Below, one piece after another: positions 35,746-51,611 of a stretch of 64,000 nucleotides of DNA (its first letter is position 1; the number at the start of each line of letters is the position of its first letter). The notes beneath the pieces were generated by a model. The model was not told where the DNA came from, did not search any database, and saw nothing but the letters and a program-made list of their open reading frames with translations. The position numbers and the translations under genes were made by a program. This DNA comes from Phaeosaccion multiseriatum (lineage: Eukaryota > Protista > Ochrophyta, other classes): assembly GCA_965112735.1 (NCBI GenBank), contig OZ218965.1, positions 372,001-436,000 of the forward strand. Reading direction: 5' to 3'.

Positions 35746-36708
35746 TTGCTGCGGTTGCTGCGGTTGCTGCTGGTGCTGCTGGTGCTGCTGGTGCTGCTGG
35801 TGCTGCTGGTGCTGCTGGTGCTGCTGGTGTTGCTGCTGCGGAGGGTATCCCGCCCCGCCTCCGCCTCCCCCCGCGCTTCCTCCTCCCCTGAGTGAGGAAG
35901 TCGGCAGGCTCGCTTTACAGCAGTCACGCTGACTGCACTCAGGGTTGGTCCTGGATCCTCCGCTGTGGCAGGCATCGGGACAGAGAGCAGTGAATGAGTG
36001 AAATGGGGGTTAGACAGTTCATGCGACAGGAGGGCCGTCCGTTCCCTTCTCTCGCTCTCACTCTTTTCAATCTGCATCTATCTATCTTGCTGCGGCTGCA
36101 GGCAGTAGAAAGGGCAGCAGGCAAAGCGAATCTTTCGGTAACGCGGGCTTGCTCTCCTCCTGAAGGAGCATCAGCCTCATGGTCGTTGAGATACACGCAT
36201 TCACCGACACGTGTCGACTTCATCCTCCTCCTCAGTCGCTCACCTCGGGTTGGCTCGTGGCAATATACGGCCCTTGCCCTCCACGGGGACGGCGAGTAGC
36301 CATAAGGCGCAAGCCCACTTCATCGCTCGCGATTATGCTGGCTTGGAAGCCGAGTTTTTTTGCTCATTTTCTCATTTCCTGCGCTCTCTTCAAATGGCAC
36401 AGATTCTACCTCCGGACCATCCACGCACGCACACACGAACGACCGTTCGTCAGCGGGACACGCGCCATGACCACCTGGCACCCGGCAGCCGGCAGCCGGC
36501 TTCTTCACTTCTTGCCCCTCGGAGTGAAGTAAGTGGTCCTACCTCTGTTCGACTGTGTGCCAATCACACACGCAGCCGCGCAGCCAGCAGCCAAGGGCCG
36601 AAAAGGAGCTTGTTCATTCGTCGTTGTTTCCTTTTTTTCTTGGTTTGTCGAGTACTCCGAAATTTTAGGTTGCCCTCGGAGCTGTGCTTGTTGAAGAACA
36701 AAAGGCGG

Positions 36709-37402
36709 TCAGTGTCTCGGTAGGCGGGTAGTCGTTAGGACTCCCAGGGAGCCACGGCTCGCATCCTCCCAACGTGCTGCTTCCGTCACGTCGTCCCCCA
36801 GTGAGTGCTCTCTCCTCCTGACGCTGGACTGGCTGGACTGGCTAAAGCCGAAGGTGTCGTACATGTAGGGGAGCTTCCCGTTGGACGGCACAAACATGTC
36901 CTGTAGGTGTCCGTTCGTGTAGTAAGTGCTGCAGTGCCGTGCTCGTCGAAAGAGTCGTGCCAGGGGAGGTGAGCGAGGAAGGCGTGACCCCAGCCGAAGG
37001 AGGGGGGGGGGCAGCAGTGGCCCCAGCAGCGGCCCGAGTAGACCTCGTCGTTGTCCCTGCAAGAAGGAGGAGAAAGGAAAGGGGGAAGTGAGGAACTGAG
37101 GGCGGAGGCGCTTCGCAAACAAGTAAGTTGAGCGGGATGAGGCCCTTCTCACCACACACACCACTCACCAGTCCATCACGAACGTCTCATCTGCAGCGCT
37201 CAACCGCTTCATCATGAGCCAGTAGACAGTAGAAGTACGCATGCGTGGGGCCAAAGATGGGGTCGAGCGCGGCGCCCAATAGGGAAGAGAAGAGAGGCAA
37301 CGAGCCTGGTGCACAGAGCGAGTTGGCAGTCCACACCATCACCTACTCCAAGACGGCTTTCCGCTGTACACGATGCCCGACAAGTCTTCGTCCGACAGGG
37401 TC
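36709..37402 (-). other. Probable small multi-exon gene of unknown function (model unresolved)
   Basis: Clean junction ..DETFVMDW(tg|gtgagt..cttgcag|g)DNDEVY and a high-GC3 stretch STYYTNGHLQDMFVPSNGKLPYMYDTFG; these frames could not be joined unambiguously. Confidence 0.35.
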
Positions 37403-37489
37403 TACAGGGAGGGGGCGAGGGGGGCGGAAGGAGGGGTAGAGGTCCGTCAGGCACGCTGGCAGGCAGGCAGGCAGGCAGGCAGACAAACG

Positions 37490-38305
<816 letters not shown>

Positions 38306-38487
38306 GGCAGGCAGACAGACAGAGAGAGAGAGAGAGAACTTAGGAATCACCTAAGAAACTGAAAGTGAGAGAGAGAGAGAGGGAAAAAAAAAAAATGCCT
38401 TCGGACACGGCAACAAATGGCAAACGAATGACCAATGCCCTATGTTGATGTTGACTCTTTCTCTTTCTTCGCCGCTTTCTTCGTCCC

Positions 38488-39480
38488 ATGCGCGGGTTAT
38501 CCATCAATACGGCACCCGCTGCTACGGAGGAGAGTTCTCTGCTGCAGTACAGGCCCGGTTCCAGGACATCGAGGGCGGGGGATCGTCACTCTTCCCAAGG
38601 CAGGACGCAATTTGAGACAAGGACACAAAGCTTGAGAAGGTACGGTTGGGTAGCTTCCTGTTGCTTTCGCGCCCATCAAACACTTTCCCTGTGTTGCTTA
38701 CGACTGCGACAGGCTCCCCTTGGAGGGTGGACTGGCGAAGCGCTTGGCCGGAGGCGGCAGGGGCAAGAGTAGATACATCTCAGCTTCTGTCGCAGAGACG
38801 CGGAGGGAACAAGCTCTTCCAGCGAACATCACGAGCGGTGGGCTTGGTCGCGTCTCGGTTTACTGTCTCAGCCGGAAGATAGACATCGTGTGCTTCTGGA
38901 GGTAGGTCAAGCAAGGAAAGGGGAAGGTTTGGACCTCTTTCAAGCCTTCTCTCTTGTCCACTGCAGGTACGGAGCCGCCAGGGATGGGATGGGGCTACCG
39001 CACGAGGAGGATGCGGGGGTTGGCCTGAATCACCCGAGGAGGCAAGGCCACGACCGAGGGCATCCACACGACTTCCCACTCAGGTCAGGCCAGGGTCAGA
39101 CGAGGGCATGACGACCCCCCTGCGTTCGTCTCATCCGCCTCGCTGTGCCGCAGTCAGCAAGCAGCGGAAATGGAGGCTCTGGTCGATGAGCAGCCGGAGG
39201 AGGCCCAGACCAGCCAGGCGGAAGAGTGGAAGACGCAGCTGCACGGCGAGGTTGTGCACAGCTGGACGGTGAGTACGAAGAGAATTTACTTGTTCAGTTA
39301 CAGCAGCGCGCCACGCAAAGGAGCTGACCACCTTCGTCTCTTGCGCCCGTCTCAGGAAAAGAGCGACAGCCACAAGTCCAGCACGTGAGATCAGGAGGTG
39401 TCCTTCGAGGGGCTGAACAAGGAGGGCCTTGACCCACCCAATGACGCCACTGCTGCTGCTGCTGTTGCTGCTGCTGGTGC

Positions 39481-39512
<32 letters not shown>

Positions 39513-40468
39513 CTGCTCTCTCAGACACGGCCGGCACACCATGTACTTCGATTACGGCTGCGTTGTCCTTTGGGGCTTTACGCTGCCCGAGGAGCGCTTG
39601 CTGCTCAAGGAGGTAGGGCCGTTGTTTACCCTGCCCATCTGTGAGTCGGCCCAACACCGTCAACTGACAACAACCAATCACCAACGCATCCAGGTAGAGC
39701 CCTTCCTAATCGGCCCCGTCAGCGCGGCTGAGCTGCAGGAGTGCCACGACGACATGACGTACGCGGAGCCCGTCCAGGAGGAGCAGGAACCAGGGGCCAA
39801 GGATAAGTAAGCTAATGAATACCGAGCCTGGCCCTGGCCCTGTATCTGACCCTGATCCTTACCCTGCCCTGCTTCCTCCGCCCCGCCTTGCGGCTCGCGT
39901 TGGAAGGGGCAAGGCAGAGGCCGGCGGGCTGGGGCACGACCTTCGCAAGTTCGGCTTCATCAAGCGCGACAAGGTCAGTCTGCAGATGTAGCAGTTGGTG
40001 ATACGGCCCGTCGACATACACTTGGCAGCAGCAGCAAGAGAGAGAGGGCGGAGGCCTTCCTCCAACCCAGAGGCGGCCAGGAGGGGCAATCAAGCAGAAG
40101 CCGAGGCCCTCCTCCACCCTGGCTGACTGACGCCCCCCCACATGGTGTGCAGATCTACCTCCAGACCAATGATCCCCTGGAGAAGCTGTCGTACTCCTTT
40201 GCTCTGGGACAGAGGTAAGGCGAGGGTAAGGCGAGGGTAAGGCTGATGGACTGTGCGTGAGTGGGGTACGGCATCGCATGCCTTGTGAGTGGTAAACGCC
40301 GTCAGCTGTGCTGCTCATCCACCATTCTATCGCCTTTGCTTTGCTAACCAAAGCGCGCGCTCTCTCTCTCTCTCTCTCTGCCCCCGCAGCTCCAAGCTCG
40401 TGCTGTTTGAGTCACGGCTCGACGAAACCATCGAGCTCTCGAGAAAGCACCCTGAGGTTCCTGTAGCA

Positions 40469-40510
<42 letters not shown>

Positions 40511-41541
40511 TCGTGCGCCGTTTGTTGCTGATGGACTCACGCACTGCTTTGTACGTCCTCTCTCTCGACCCTCAGATGCTCGCCCAGACGGGTGCCATTG
40601 GCCTCATAGAAAGTGAGATCCATAAGATGATGGGCAAGGTATGTAAATCAGACAGCCTGTGAGTTGAAGTCAGACAGCCTGTGAGTTGAAGTCAGACAGC
40701 CTGTGAGTTGAAGTCAGACAGCTTATCAGAGAGCCTGGAGTAGGGTGGGGCTAGCCTGTGTGAGTCTTGCGCCCTTCTTGCTGACCTGCTGCCGTGCCCC
40801 CCTCCCCCCCGGGGGTCTCCTCAGAACATCATGGAGCGTCACGAGGTGTGTGCGTACGTGGGAGACAACACACACGAGAGAGAGGACGCCCCCACAGACC
40901 ACAGCGGGAGGAGGAGCTGAACGTCGCTTCCTTCTTCCTTCTCCGCCTGCTCTTGGCTTTGTCTTTTGACAACCTCTTTTGATGCGCTACTCGCATCCGC
41001 CCCAGGTGAATTTGCACTCCTCCCTGCTGGACACGCCGGAGTTCTTCTGGGAGGAGGAGGAAGATGTGTACGAGCTGCGCTATACGAGCATGCGCTGCTA
41101 CCTTGACATGGAGCGGCGGGTGGAGGTGGTCAACCTGCGGCTAGACATACTCGAGAGCTTGCTCAACACGCTCAGCACCCACCTCACGTGAGTGATGAGT
41201 GAGCACAAAGCCTGGACCGGCGGCGGGCTGTGTCACTGCGCCCCGCCCTCCTCTGCTCTCTGCTCTGACCACCTGACTGCATCTGTCTCTCTCTCCTTCT
41301 CTCCCTAACTGACCACCTGCCTGCCCGCCCCTCTTTCCTCGCAGCAACAAGCACTCGTCTCGTCTGGAACTCATCATCATCTTCCTCATCGTTCTCGAAG
41401 TAAGCGCATGCACCAACCACCCTTGCTCCCTTGAAACTGCCTCACGACCCACCCACCCTGCCCCCCCCTGCTTGCCGGCAGGTAGCGATAGACTTGTTTT
41501 GGGTGTGGAAGGACACGAGCCTGTCGAAGCATCATGTGTGA
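38488..41541 (+). CDS. RMD1/RMND1/YagE (DUF155) family protein, many short exons
   Basis: RVSVYCLSRKID; YFDYGCVVLWG; KLSYSFALGQSSKLVLFE; VNLHSSLLDTPEFFWE; YLDMERRVEVVNLRLD; HSSRLELIIIFLIVLEV (C-terminal TM). Start codon tentative. Confidence 0.85.
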
Positions 41542-41780
41542 GGAGGCAGCGCGTGCAGGTCTTGTTCTTCTTCTTCTTCTTCTCCTTCTTTTTCCTCGAA
41601 AGAGACATGATCAGGGGCGGTGGACTGAGTCTTGCCTGTGCCTGTCTACAATTGAAATCAGAGTTAAGTTACCTTCAGTGGTAAAAACTTTGGTTATTAA
41701 CAGGAGGCGCCTTTTATGAAATGGAGAGGAGAGGGAAGGTCCTCTTCTCTCGTCTTTCCAGCCAGGGCCACGGCGGAGGG

Positions 41781-43906
41781 TCATGGCAACGCGGGGTCGA
41801 TGGTGGGAGGAGTGCCTGGGCATTGAACGAGTGGGGGAGGCGCACGGGGAGCGAAGAGGTGTGCTCGAGGGCGTTAGCTTCGTAGTCGGTAGTCCGCGTC
41901 TGGGGTCTGGGAGGACAGGAAGAATGCAAGGTGCGACCCAGGGGGGGGGGTGGGGGGTGCTTGGGCTTGGGCTGGGCTGTCTCTGTACGGCACTCACCGA
42001 ACCAGGACTTGACCCAGATGGCTAAGATGGACACAGTACCCCACGACAGCCCTGTTACCACTCCGGCGTCCACGATGGACCTCCACGGGTACGGCAGCTT
42101 CTTCACCAGCTGCACCAGACAGAACACACCGCCCGTCAGGCACCACGACACGATCTGGGGGGGGGGATGGCAGTGGATGGTAGAGGATGGCAGTGGATGG
42201 GGTACCGCGAGGAGGGCGTGTGGGCCTCTCGGCAGTCAGAAGGGCCAGGAAGCCACGCACCCACACAGAGAGAAAGAGAGAGAGAGAGAAAGAAAGTGGA
42301 AGAGGCATACACAAGCGCACACATTCACGTACACACAGAGAGAGCGACATGCACACAAATACACACACGCGCCGAGGGCCTTCCTTCTCTCACCAAGCGC
42401 CTCTTGCTAGCGTGGAACAGTCCCATGCTGTACGGACCCGCCAGGACCACCCGCAGCGGACCCGCGCTCTGCGAGGATATGTCAACAAATGGGCACAGGC
42501 AGGGGAGAGACGGGAGAGAGAGTGTGTGTGTGTGTGGAAGAGCAAGAGAGAAGCGAGGGGGGGCAACGTATGAATAAAAAAAAAAGCACAAAGAAGCACA
42601 AGCAGCGAGGGACGTTCGGGTCAGGCCTAGCGCCACCCGTCTTACGCTGTCCACAGGCCTAGCGCCACCCGTCTCTGTCCACAGGCCTAGCGCCACCCGT
42701 CTCTGTCCACAGGTCTAGCGCCACCCGTCTCTGTCCACAGGTCTACCGCCACCCTCTCACCTTGTCCAGGGTGAGAGCTCTCTTGACCACGAGAGGGGAG
42801 AACTTTTTCTGGAAGCCCTTGACGCCCTCCACGTAGGCCATGAGCAACGAGAAGCCCCCGTACAGGGCCCAGTGGAAGCTGGAGAAGTCTCCCTGCTCCA
42901 ACGGAGAGGAGCGGAGCGACAGGAGCAGAAGCAAACCAGATAGATTAGACACGGGAGGAGCCAGAAGGGCTTGTTCGCCAGCCCCATATCGCCACCTTCC
43001 ACTCTCCTCCAACTGCTGCGCCCACCATGACAAAGAAGCGACCTACCTGAGAAAAGGGCTGAGTGGCGTGCGGGGCGAGCCTCTTGAGTGCGTTGCCGAG
43101 GATGGCCACGACGCTGAGTACGCCCCACGCCGACACGAATCCAAACCGCGAAGCAGCGACGGAGCCCTGCGGAAACGCGCGGCGATAAGGTATACACGTG
43201 AGCCACGGCCGTCTCTCTTCTCTCTCCAGTCCTCATGCCGAGTGCTCTTACCTCAGCTGCTCCGCCTCCCCTAACCCTGCTCTGCACCGCTAAGGGCTGC
43301 GACCCGCTGGACGAGCCTCCGCCCCGCGCCATATGCATGGCTACAAGCACGGGCGTGGCTGCCGTCTTTCTGCGCCCAGTCCTAGACGAGTTGAGCCACG
43401 ACTTCGCGGACATGGGCGACAAGACACTTCTTGAAGGACTGTCCACAGGGCCTGCGAAAAGGAGAGAACGAGAAGGGAGGGACCAGAGGGAGATGGTTTG
43501 GGGATACTGTCAGCATGCGCTCCGCTGCTGCACTTGTACACCCGACACTCGTGAACACAAGGGAGTTATCGTAATAAACATGTTCAGTATCATATTTTCG
43601 CCTCCTCCCGCTCATCTCTTTCTCCCTGTGCTGCAGCAGCAGGACCTGGGGCTGTGCAGGTGCTCCGGCACCTGGAAACTTACTCGCATGTAATTTCCCT
43701 CGCAGCCCAGCCCCTGCCGCTCTCTCTGCCCCTGACGCCGAACCCGACCCTGCTGCGGTGTAAGCCATTGCCAGGGGACGACGGCTCAAAGCACCGCTGT
43801 GCTCCGATGGACCGCAACAGCAGGGCGTGACGTACGCAGACGAGGAGGTCGCGCTGGTCAGAAGCACACTGGATAGGAGCACGAGCGCCGGGCGAAGAAG
43901 ACCCAT
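41781..43906 (-). CDS. Conserved uncharacterised multi-TM protein with signal-peptide-like N-terminus (possibly plastid)
   Basis: MGLLRPALVLLSSVLLTSATSSSAY..; WGVLSVVAILGNALKRLAP; MAYVEGVKGFQKKFSPLVVKRA; GPYSMGLFHASKRRL; LPYPWRSIVDAGVVTGLSWG; last exon GTPPTIDPALP*. All joined by GT-AG introns. Confidence 0.8.
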
Positions 43907-44067
43907 GCGAAGAACAAGTGAGGGTTGGGCGGACAGGGGGAGGGGCAGGGCATTTGAAATTGATACCAAATCACCTCCTGCATCCATCCCATCTCACCTC
44001 TTCTCCTCCTCTCCTGTGTGTCTTTAACACACCAACACCATCAGCAGGAGGCTGCTTGAAAGCAGTG

Positions 44068-46512
<2,445 letters not shown>

Positions 46513-46601
46513 AACGCGTACGACCCTTATATAAAAATCCATGTATTTACACCCCACCGGTACACTTCCTCTTGGGTCCGATGGCAACCCCTTCTACAAG
46601 A

Positions 46602-47057
46602 TTAGCTCGTCGCCTTTGGCTCCCTGTCCTCCGGCCAGCCGTGCTTAAGTATTCTCTCCGCCGTGCGAGAATTTAGCTTGGCCTTTCTCTGTGCGTCCTG
46701 CATCTCCTCAATCGCCCTGGGCTTGGATTGATCAAAGTAGCCTGCAGGAGGCGTTCGAGCAGAGCGGCAGAGAGGCGCAAGAGTGAATTTTGGGTGGAGG
46801 GAGAGGGAGGAGTTTGCCAGCACCCGACCCACCCTCCTGCTCACCATGACCAGCCTTCTTCTTCTTGACAAGAGGGGCAGCGCTCAAGCCGAGCAAGATT
46901 AAACTTCCGACCAACACCTGAGTTGGGAAGAAAGGGCGAGAAAAGAAGGAGATGAAGACTTTGCGGACCGAATCATCGGCTGAAGCCTACCTACCTTTGA
47001 ACGGTTCGAGCCGGGCAGCCTCTCCACCCACCCTGAGAAGCCCGAAAAAGGCGGCAT
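46602..47057 (-). CDS. Small single-TM protein of unknown function, 3 exons (~90 aa)
   Basis: MPPFSGFSGWVERLPGSNRSK|VLVGSLILLGLSAAPLVKKKKAGH|GYFDQSKPRAIEEMQ.. with canonical GT-AG junctions in consistent phase. Confidence 0.65.
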
Positions 47058-47220
47058 CCTCCACCTGAAGCTGTCCAGCGATCAGATGTGGGATTATTGA
47101 TGTGGGGGATAGAAGAGGCGTGGACAAAGAGCTATTCGTAAGTCATTGAAGGTGATGGCGGCCCGGGCCAGGCCGCCCTTTTCTCCCATTAACCCCCTCA
47201 CAAAGAGACAGAAAGGAGCC

Positions 47221-49224
47221 ATGAACAGCGATTACGCAGCGGAAGCGCTGAGGCACAAAGAAGTGCTTGAGCGGGGGCTGGAGCAGGGGGTGGAGGTGAG
47301 TGGAAACGTTGGCCGTGGCTCCACAAGTGCTTTTGGAGGATAGACAGCCCACATGCATTCGCTTCTTCCCCCTCGGAGTCAGGGCCTGGCAAGTGCGGGC
47401 GATGTGCTCGCGGCATTGGACAGGATTCCCATGAGCATTGGCATCTTGGCCGAGACGCAGGTGAGTTGAAAGTACGCCCTGTGGGTATCCTGTCCTTGGC
47501 CTTCTTCCTGAAGGGACTTGCACACCCCCACTCTCTCTCGTCGTGTGCGCGTGTGGCCGCAGGTGGGAGCAACCGTTTCGAAACTGCGCAAAGTGGAGGG
47601 CGCTCCCCTTATTGTTAAGCAGGCGAAGACTTTGGTGAAGAAATGGAAGGGTGTAGCGCAAGCTGGAGGTGGGTCTGGGTATCTTTGACGGAGCGCGTGC
47701 ACCATAAAGAACTCTATGCCTCCCCTCCGAAGGAATGACTATTCCCCTCTAATCACTGCTCCCTGCTCTTGCTGCTGCTGCTGCTGCTGCTTCTGCTGGC
47801 TGCAGGGGTGGAAAAGGCTGCAAGCGCCCCTGCTGCTGCTGCTGCTGCTGCTGCCTCAGCTGTGGGGAAGAAAAAGCCGGCGCAGAGCAAGGCTGGGGCC
47901 GTGAAGAAGGCAACACGTGAGTGGTCGTAGGCGAAGGGGGCCTGTACGGTGCAGTGCACATGCGCAGAGGCACTTGCACTACGCTGTGACGCCTTAAAAG
48001 GGACCCATCTTAACGAAGCAACAACTCTCTGCCACGCCTCTCCTCCCTCGCGCTACCCATTCTATCCACTTCCATCCCCTTCCGTCCGTGCCCACGCATC
48101 TGATCCACTGCCATCCCCTCCCCCTCTCTTTACACCCTTTGCCAGCGCCAGTCAAGAAGGCACCGGCTACCGCTGCTCAGAGCCCGGGGGGAGGCGTAGG
48201 AGGCTTGCGGCAGAAGATGCAGGACAAGTTTGCAGATCTCCTCACCCAGACCGACGCCTCGCCTGACCCTTCCTCCGGGGGGCAGACGCCACAGGGCTTG
48301 GCCAGGGCCATCGAAGAGGAGGTAAACAGGACCACGCCCCTGCAAGGAGCCAAGGACGCCTATGTCAACAAGGTATGACGCGCGTGGGGGTTGGCTCTGT
48401 ACCTCCTTGCTTCAACAGTTGGTGCTTCGTCTTGCCCTCTCTCAGATGCGAGAGCTGTCCTTCAACTTGAAGAAGAACGCCGAGCTGCGGACAGGGCTCC
48501 TGTCTGGCGGGCTGTCGGCAGCCAGGCTATGCACCATGACTACCGAGGAGCTCATGTGCTCCACCGACAGAGACGCACTCAAGGCGCAGCACGACGAAGC
48601 ATTCAACGCCGCCCGACTGGTGAGGAGAGGGTGGAGGGGGGGAGATGGGGGCAGAGGGCGGACGGTAGAGAGGGTGGAGGGGATGGGCAAGAGAGAGAAG
48701 AGGGTGGAGGGGATGGCACCTTACAAGAGAGAGAAGAGGGTGGAGGGGATGGGCAAGAGAGAGAAGAGGGTGGAGGGGATGGGCAAGAGAGAGGAGAGGG
48801 TGGAGGGGATGGGCAAGAGAGAGAAGAGGGTGGAGGGGATGGGCAAGAGAGAGGAGAGGGTGGAGGGGATGGGCAAGAGAGAGAAGAGGGTGGAGGGGAT
48901 GGGCAAGAGAGAGGAGAGGGTGGAGGGGATGGGCAAGAGAGAGAAGAGGGTGGAGGGGATGGGTAAGAGAGAGAAGAGGGTGGAGGGCGGACAGGGCGGA
49001 CACCAGACCTCTCAGCTCCCCTCTCGTGTATGCAGGATTGGACGACGAAGAACTTCGACAAGATCCAGGCTGAATGTGGAATAAAGGGGGAAGGCATGTT
49101 CAGATGCATCCGCTGCAAGAGCAAGAAGACAACCTTCGCCGAGAAGCAAATGCGGAGCGGCGACGAGCCGATGAGCTGTTTCATCCAGTGCCACACGTGC
49201 GGGAAGAGGTGGCGGGTGGGGTGA
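47221..49224 (+). CDS. TCEA: Transcription elongation factor S-II (TFIIS)
   Basis: N-term LAETQVGATVSKLRK..AKTLVKKWK; central YVNK|MRELSFNLKKNAELR..MTTEELM; zinc ribbon FRCIRCKSKKT..QMRSGDEPMSCFIQCHTCGKRW. Confidence 0.95.
48668..48985 (+). repeat. 30-bp minisatellite (GAGGGTGGAGGGGATGGGCAAGAGAGAGAA)n in TFIIS intron
   Basis: About 10 copies visible. Confidence 0.93.
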
Positions 49225-49475
49225 GCGAGTCCGGCAGCGAACGACACATTAAGACACTCCGTTATCCGTTATCCGTTAACGAATGGCGTTACTAGCACGC
49301 TGTGCCCAGTCATCAAAGGCAAGGGGGGGCGAAGCTTTAAGGAAAGGCAGACTGAAGCTCTGCCGGCCCCCCGATACCATGCAGCCCGCCCCCGCCCCCC
49401 TTGCCGAGGCCGCGTGGACATTGACAGCCCCGGTCTCCTCGACAGTCGACGCTGTGCACTCAATCAGGCTTAGCA

Positions 49476-50748
49476 ACAGCTTGGTGACAGCTTGGTGACA
49501 GCTTGGTGACAGCTTGGTGACAGCTTGGTGACAGCTTGGTGACAGCTTGGTGACAGCTTGGTGACAGCTTGGTGACAGCTTGGCGACAGCTTGGCGACAG
49601 GAGGCAGGGGTGGGAGAACTGCGCCCCCCCACTTGGGGAGTGAGGTCGACGCGCAGGGAGAGGTGTCAGGACACAGGGAGGGATTTCATCATGACGCAGG
49701 GAGGGGTGTCAGGACGCAGGGAGGGGTGTCAGGACGCAGGGAGGGGTGTCAGGACACAGGGAGGAGTGCCAGGACACAGGGAGGAGTGTCAGGACACAGG
49801 GAGGGGTGTCAGGACACAGGGAGGAGTGTCGGGACACAGGGAGGAGTGCCAGGTCTTCCTCCCCTTCCCCGAGGACTCCCTAGCGAGGCCACACACGCAC
49901 ACACGCGAGCGGAGCCTCGACACGACGACCCGACGACCCGACGACCCGACGACCCGACCCCGCCCCACTCTCTCTGCAGTTGTTGCATGTGTGTTGGGGG
50001 ATGAGCCGGGCAGCGCCTGAGCTGTGGTGGAGCTATCGGTGGAGAGGAGCAGCCGGGGGCGAGGAGGGGCCCCGCCTCTCGAGAGGACGAGAGGCGGTAT
50101 GAGAGGGGGGCAGCGGAGAGGGGCGAGGGACGACGGGCAGAGGAGAAGAGGAGAGGCATGGGATAAGGGGTGCGAATCAGCGGAGGGGCGAGGGACGAGG
50201 GGCAGAGGAGAAGAGGAGAGGCATGGGATAAGGGGTGCGAATCAGCGGAGGGGGACGAGGGACGAGGGGCAGAGGAGAAGAGGAGAGGCATGGTATAAGG
50301 GGTGCGAATCAGCGGAGGGGGGACGCGCTCGGCTTACGGGGGGGTCCAGTCACCGGCTCGGCGCCAAGCTGTTTAGAGAAGAGACACCTTGTGAATCTGT
50401 CGGTCCAGTCACCGGCTCGGCGCCAAGCTGTTTAGAGAAGAGACACCTTGTGAATGTGTCGGTCCAGTCACCGGCTCGGCGCCAAGCTATTTAGAGAAGA
50501 GACACATGTGTCGGTCCAGTCACCGGCTCGGCGCCAAGCTGTTTAGAGAAGAGACACCTTGTGAATGTGTCGGTCCAGTCACCGGCTCGGCGCCAAGCTA
50601 TTTAGAGAAGAGACACCTTGTGAATGTGTCGGTCCAGTCACCGGCTCGGCGCCAAGCTGTTTAGAGAAGAGACACCTTGTGAATCTGTCGGTCCAGTCAC
50701 CGGCTCGGCGCCAAGCTGTTTAGCGAAGAGACACCTTGTGAATCTGTC
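49476..50748. repeat. Intergenic mosaic of tandem arrays: 11-mer (GACAGCTTGGT)n, ~20-mer (GTGTCAGGACACAGGGAGGG)n, ~66-mer x3, 59-mer x7
   Basis: Arrays at ~49476-49599, ~49660-49852, ~50136-50320 and 50343-50748, between the convergent TFIIS and annexin 3' ends. Confidence 0.92.
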
Positions 50749-50900
50749 AGGAATCTTGCATTGCGACGGCTTTTTCTTTTTCGACACACGTTTCTTCATA
50801 TGCATGTGCCCACCTTTTTGGGGGGTCAGAAACTGCACTAAATGGAAGAGTACTCCTACACTACGAATGCTCTCTTACTACATAAACTACGAACGTTCTT

Positions 50901-51531
50901 TCACGACATGACGAAGATGGGCCGGGCAAGCACATTCTGTACTGCGGCAACCATCTGAGGAGCGTCACAGCGCTTCCCCCCGCTTCCTTCGCCCACCGGC
51001 GTGAAGATCCAACTGCCCTGCTGCGCTCGCCTGAGCACGGCCATGATGAGGCCCTTGGACGGGGTGGCGGGGGAGAGGGAGAAGCCGCACATGACGCCCC
51101 CGGTGGGGTTCCGCAGGTGGCAGTAGGCGTTGGACACGTCACCAAAGCTCCTGTTGTGATTGAAGCAATTCACCTGCCGGGGGAGGGGGATTTGGCGTTT
51201 CAGATTTAGCGTTTCAGCATGAGAGTGGAGTGGAATTTTGCCCTTTCTTCTTTCTTACCACGAAGGTCAGGGACGCCACGTGAGCAGGAACATCCGCCAA
51301 AACGACGGTGATGGACTCGTTGTCGGCCGGGCCAGCCGTGGCGCCTCCCTGTCGTACATTCAAAGGGACGCGGGGGGCGGGGGGGTTTGCTGTACCAGGT
51401 CAGTAGCAGTCGAAAGTAACAAAAAGGAGGGGGGGGGGGGCTTCCTCTCTTCCGCCTCACGAGCCTCACCGTCTGGTTGTCTCCCGAATGGAAGGCTCCC
51501 GATCCTTGCTGCCTCCCAAAGAATACCTGAC

Positions 51532-51611
<80 letters not shown>

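Noticed and set aside
49150-49172. TFIIS RSGDEP instead of RSADEP
   Set aside because: The catalytic DE pair is intact; a conservative variant.
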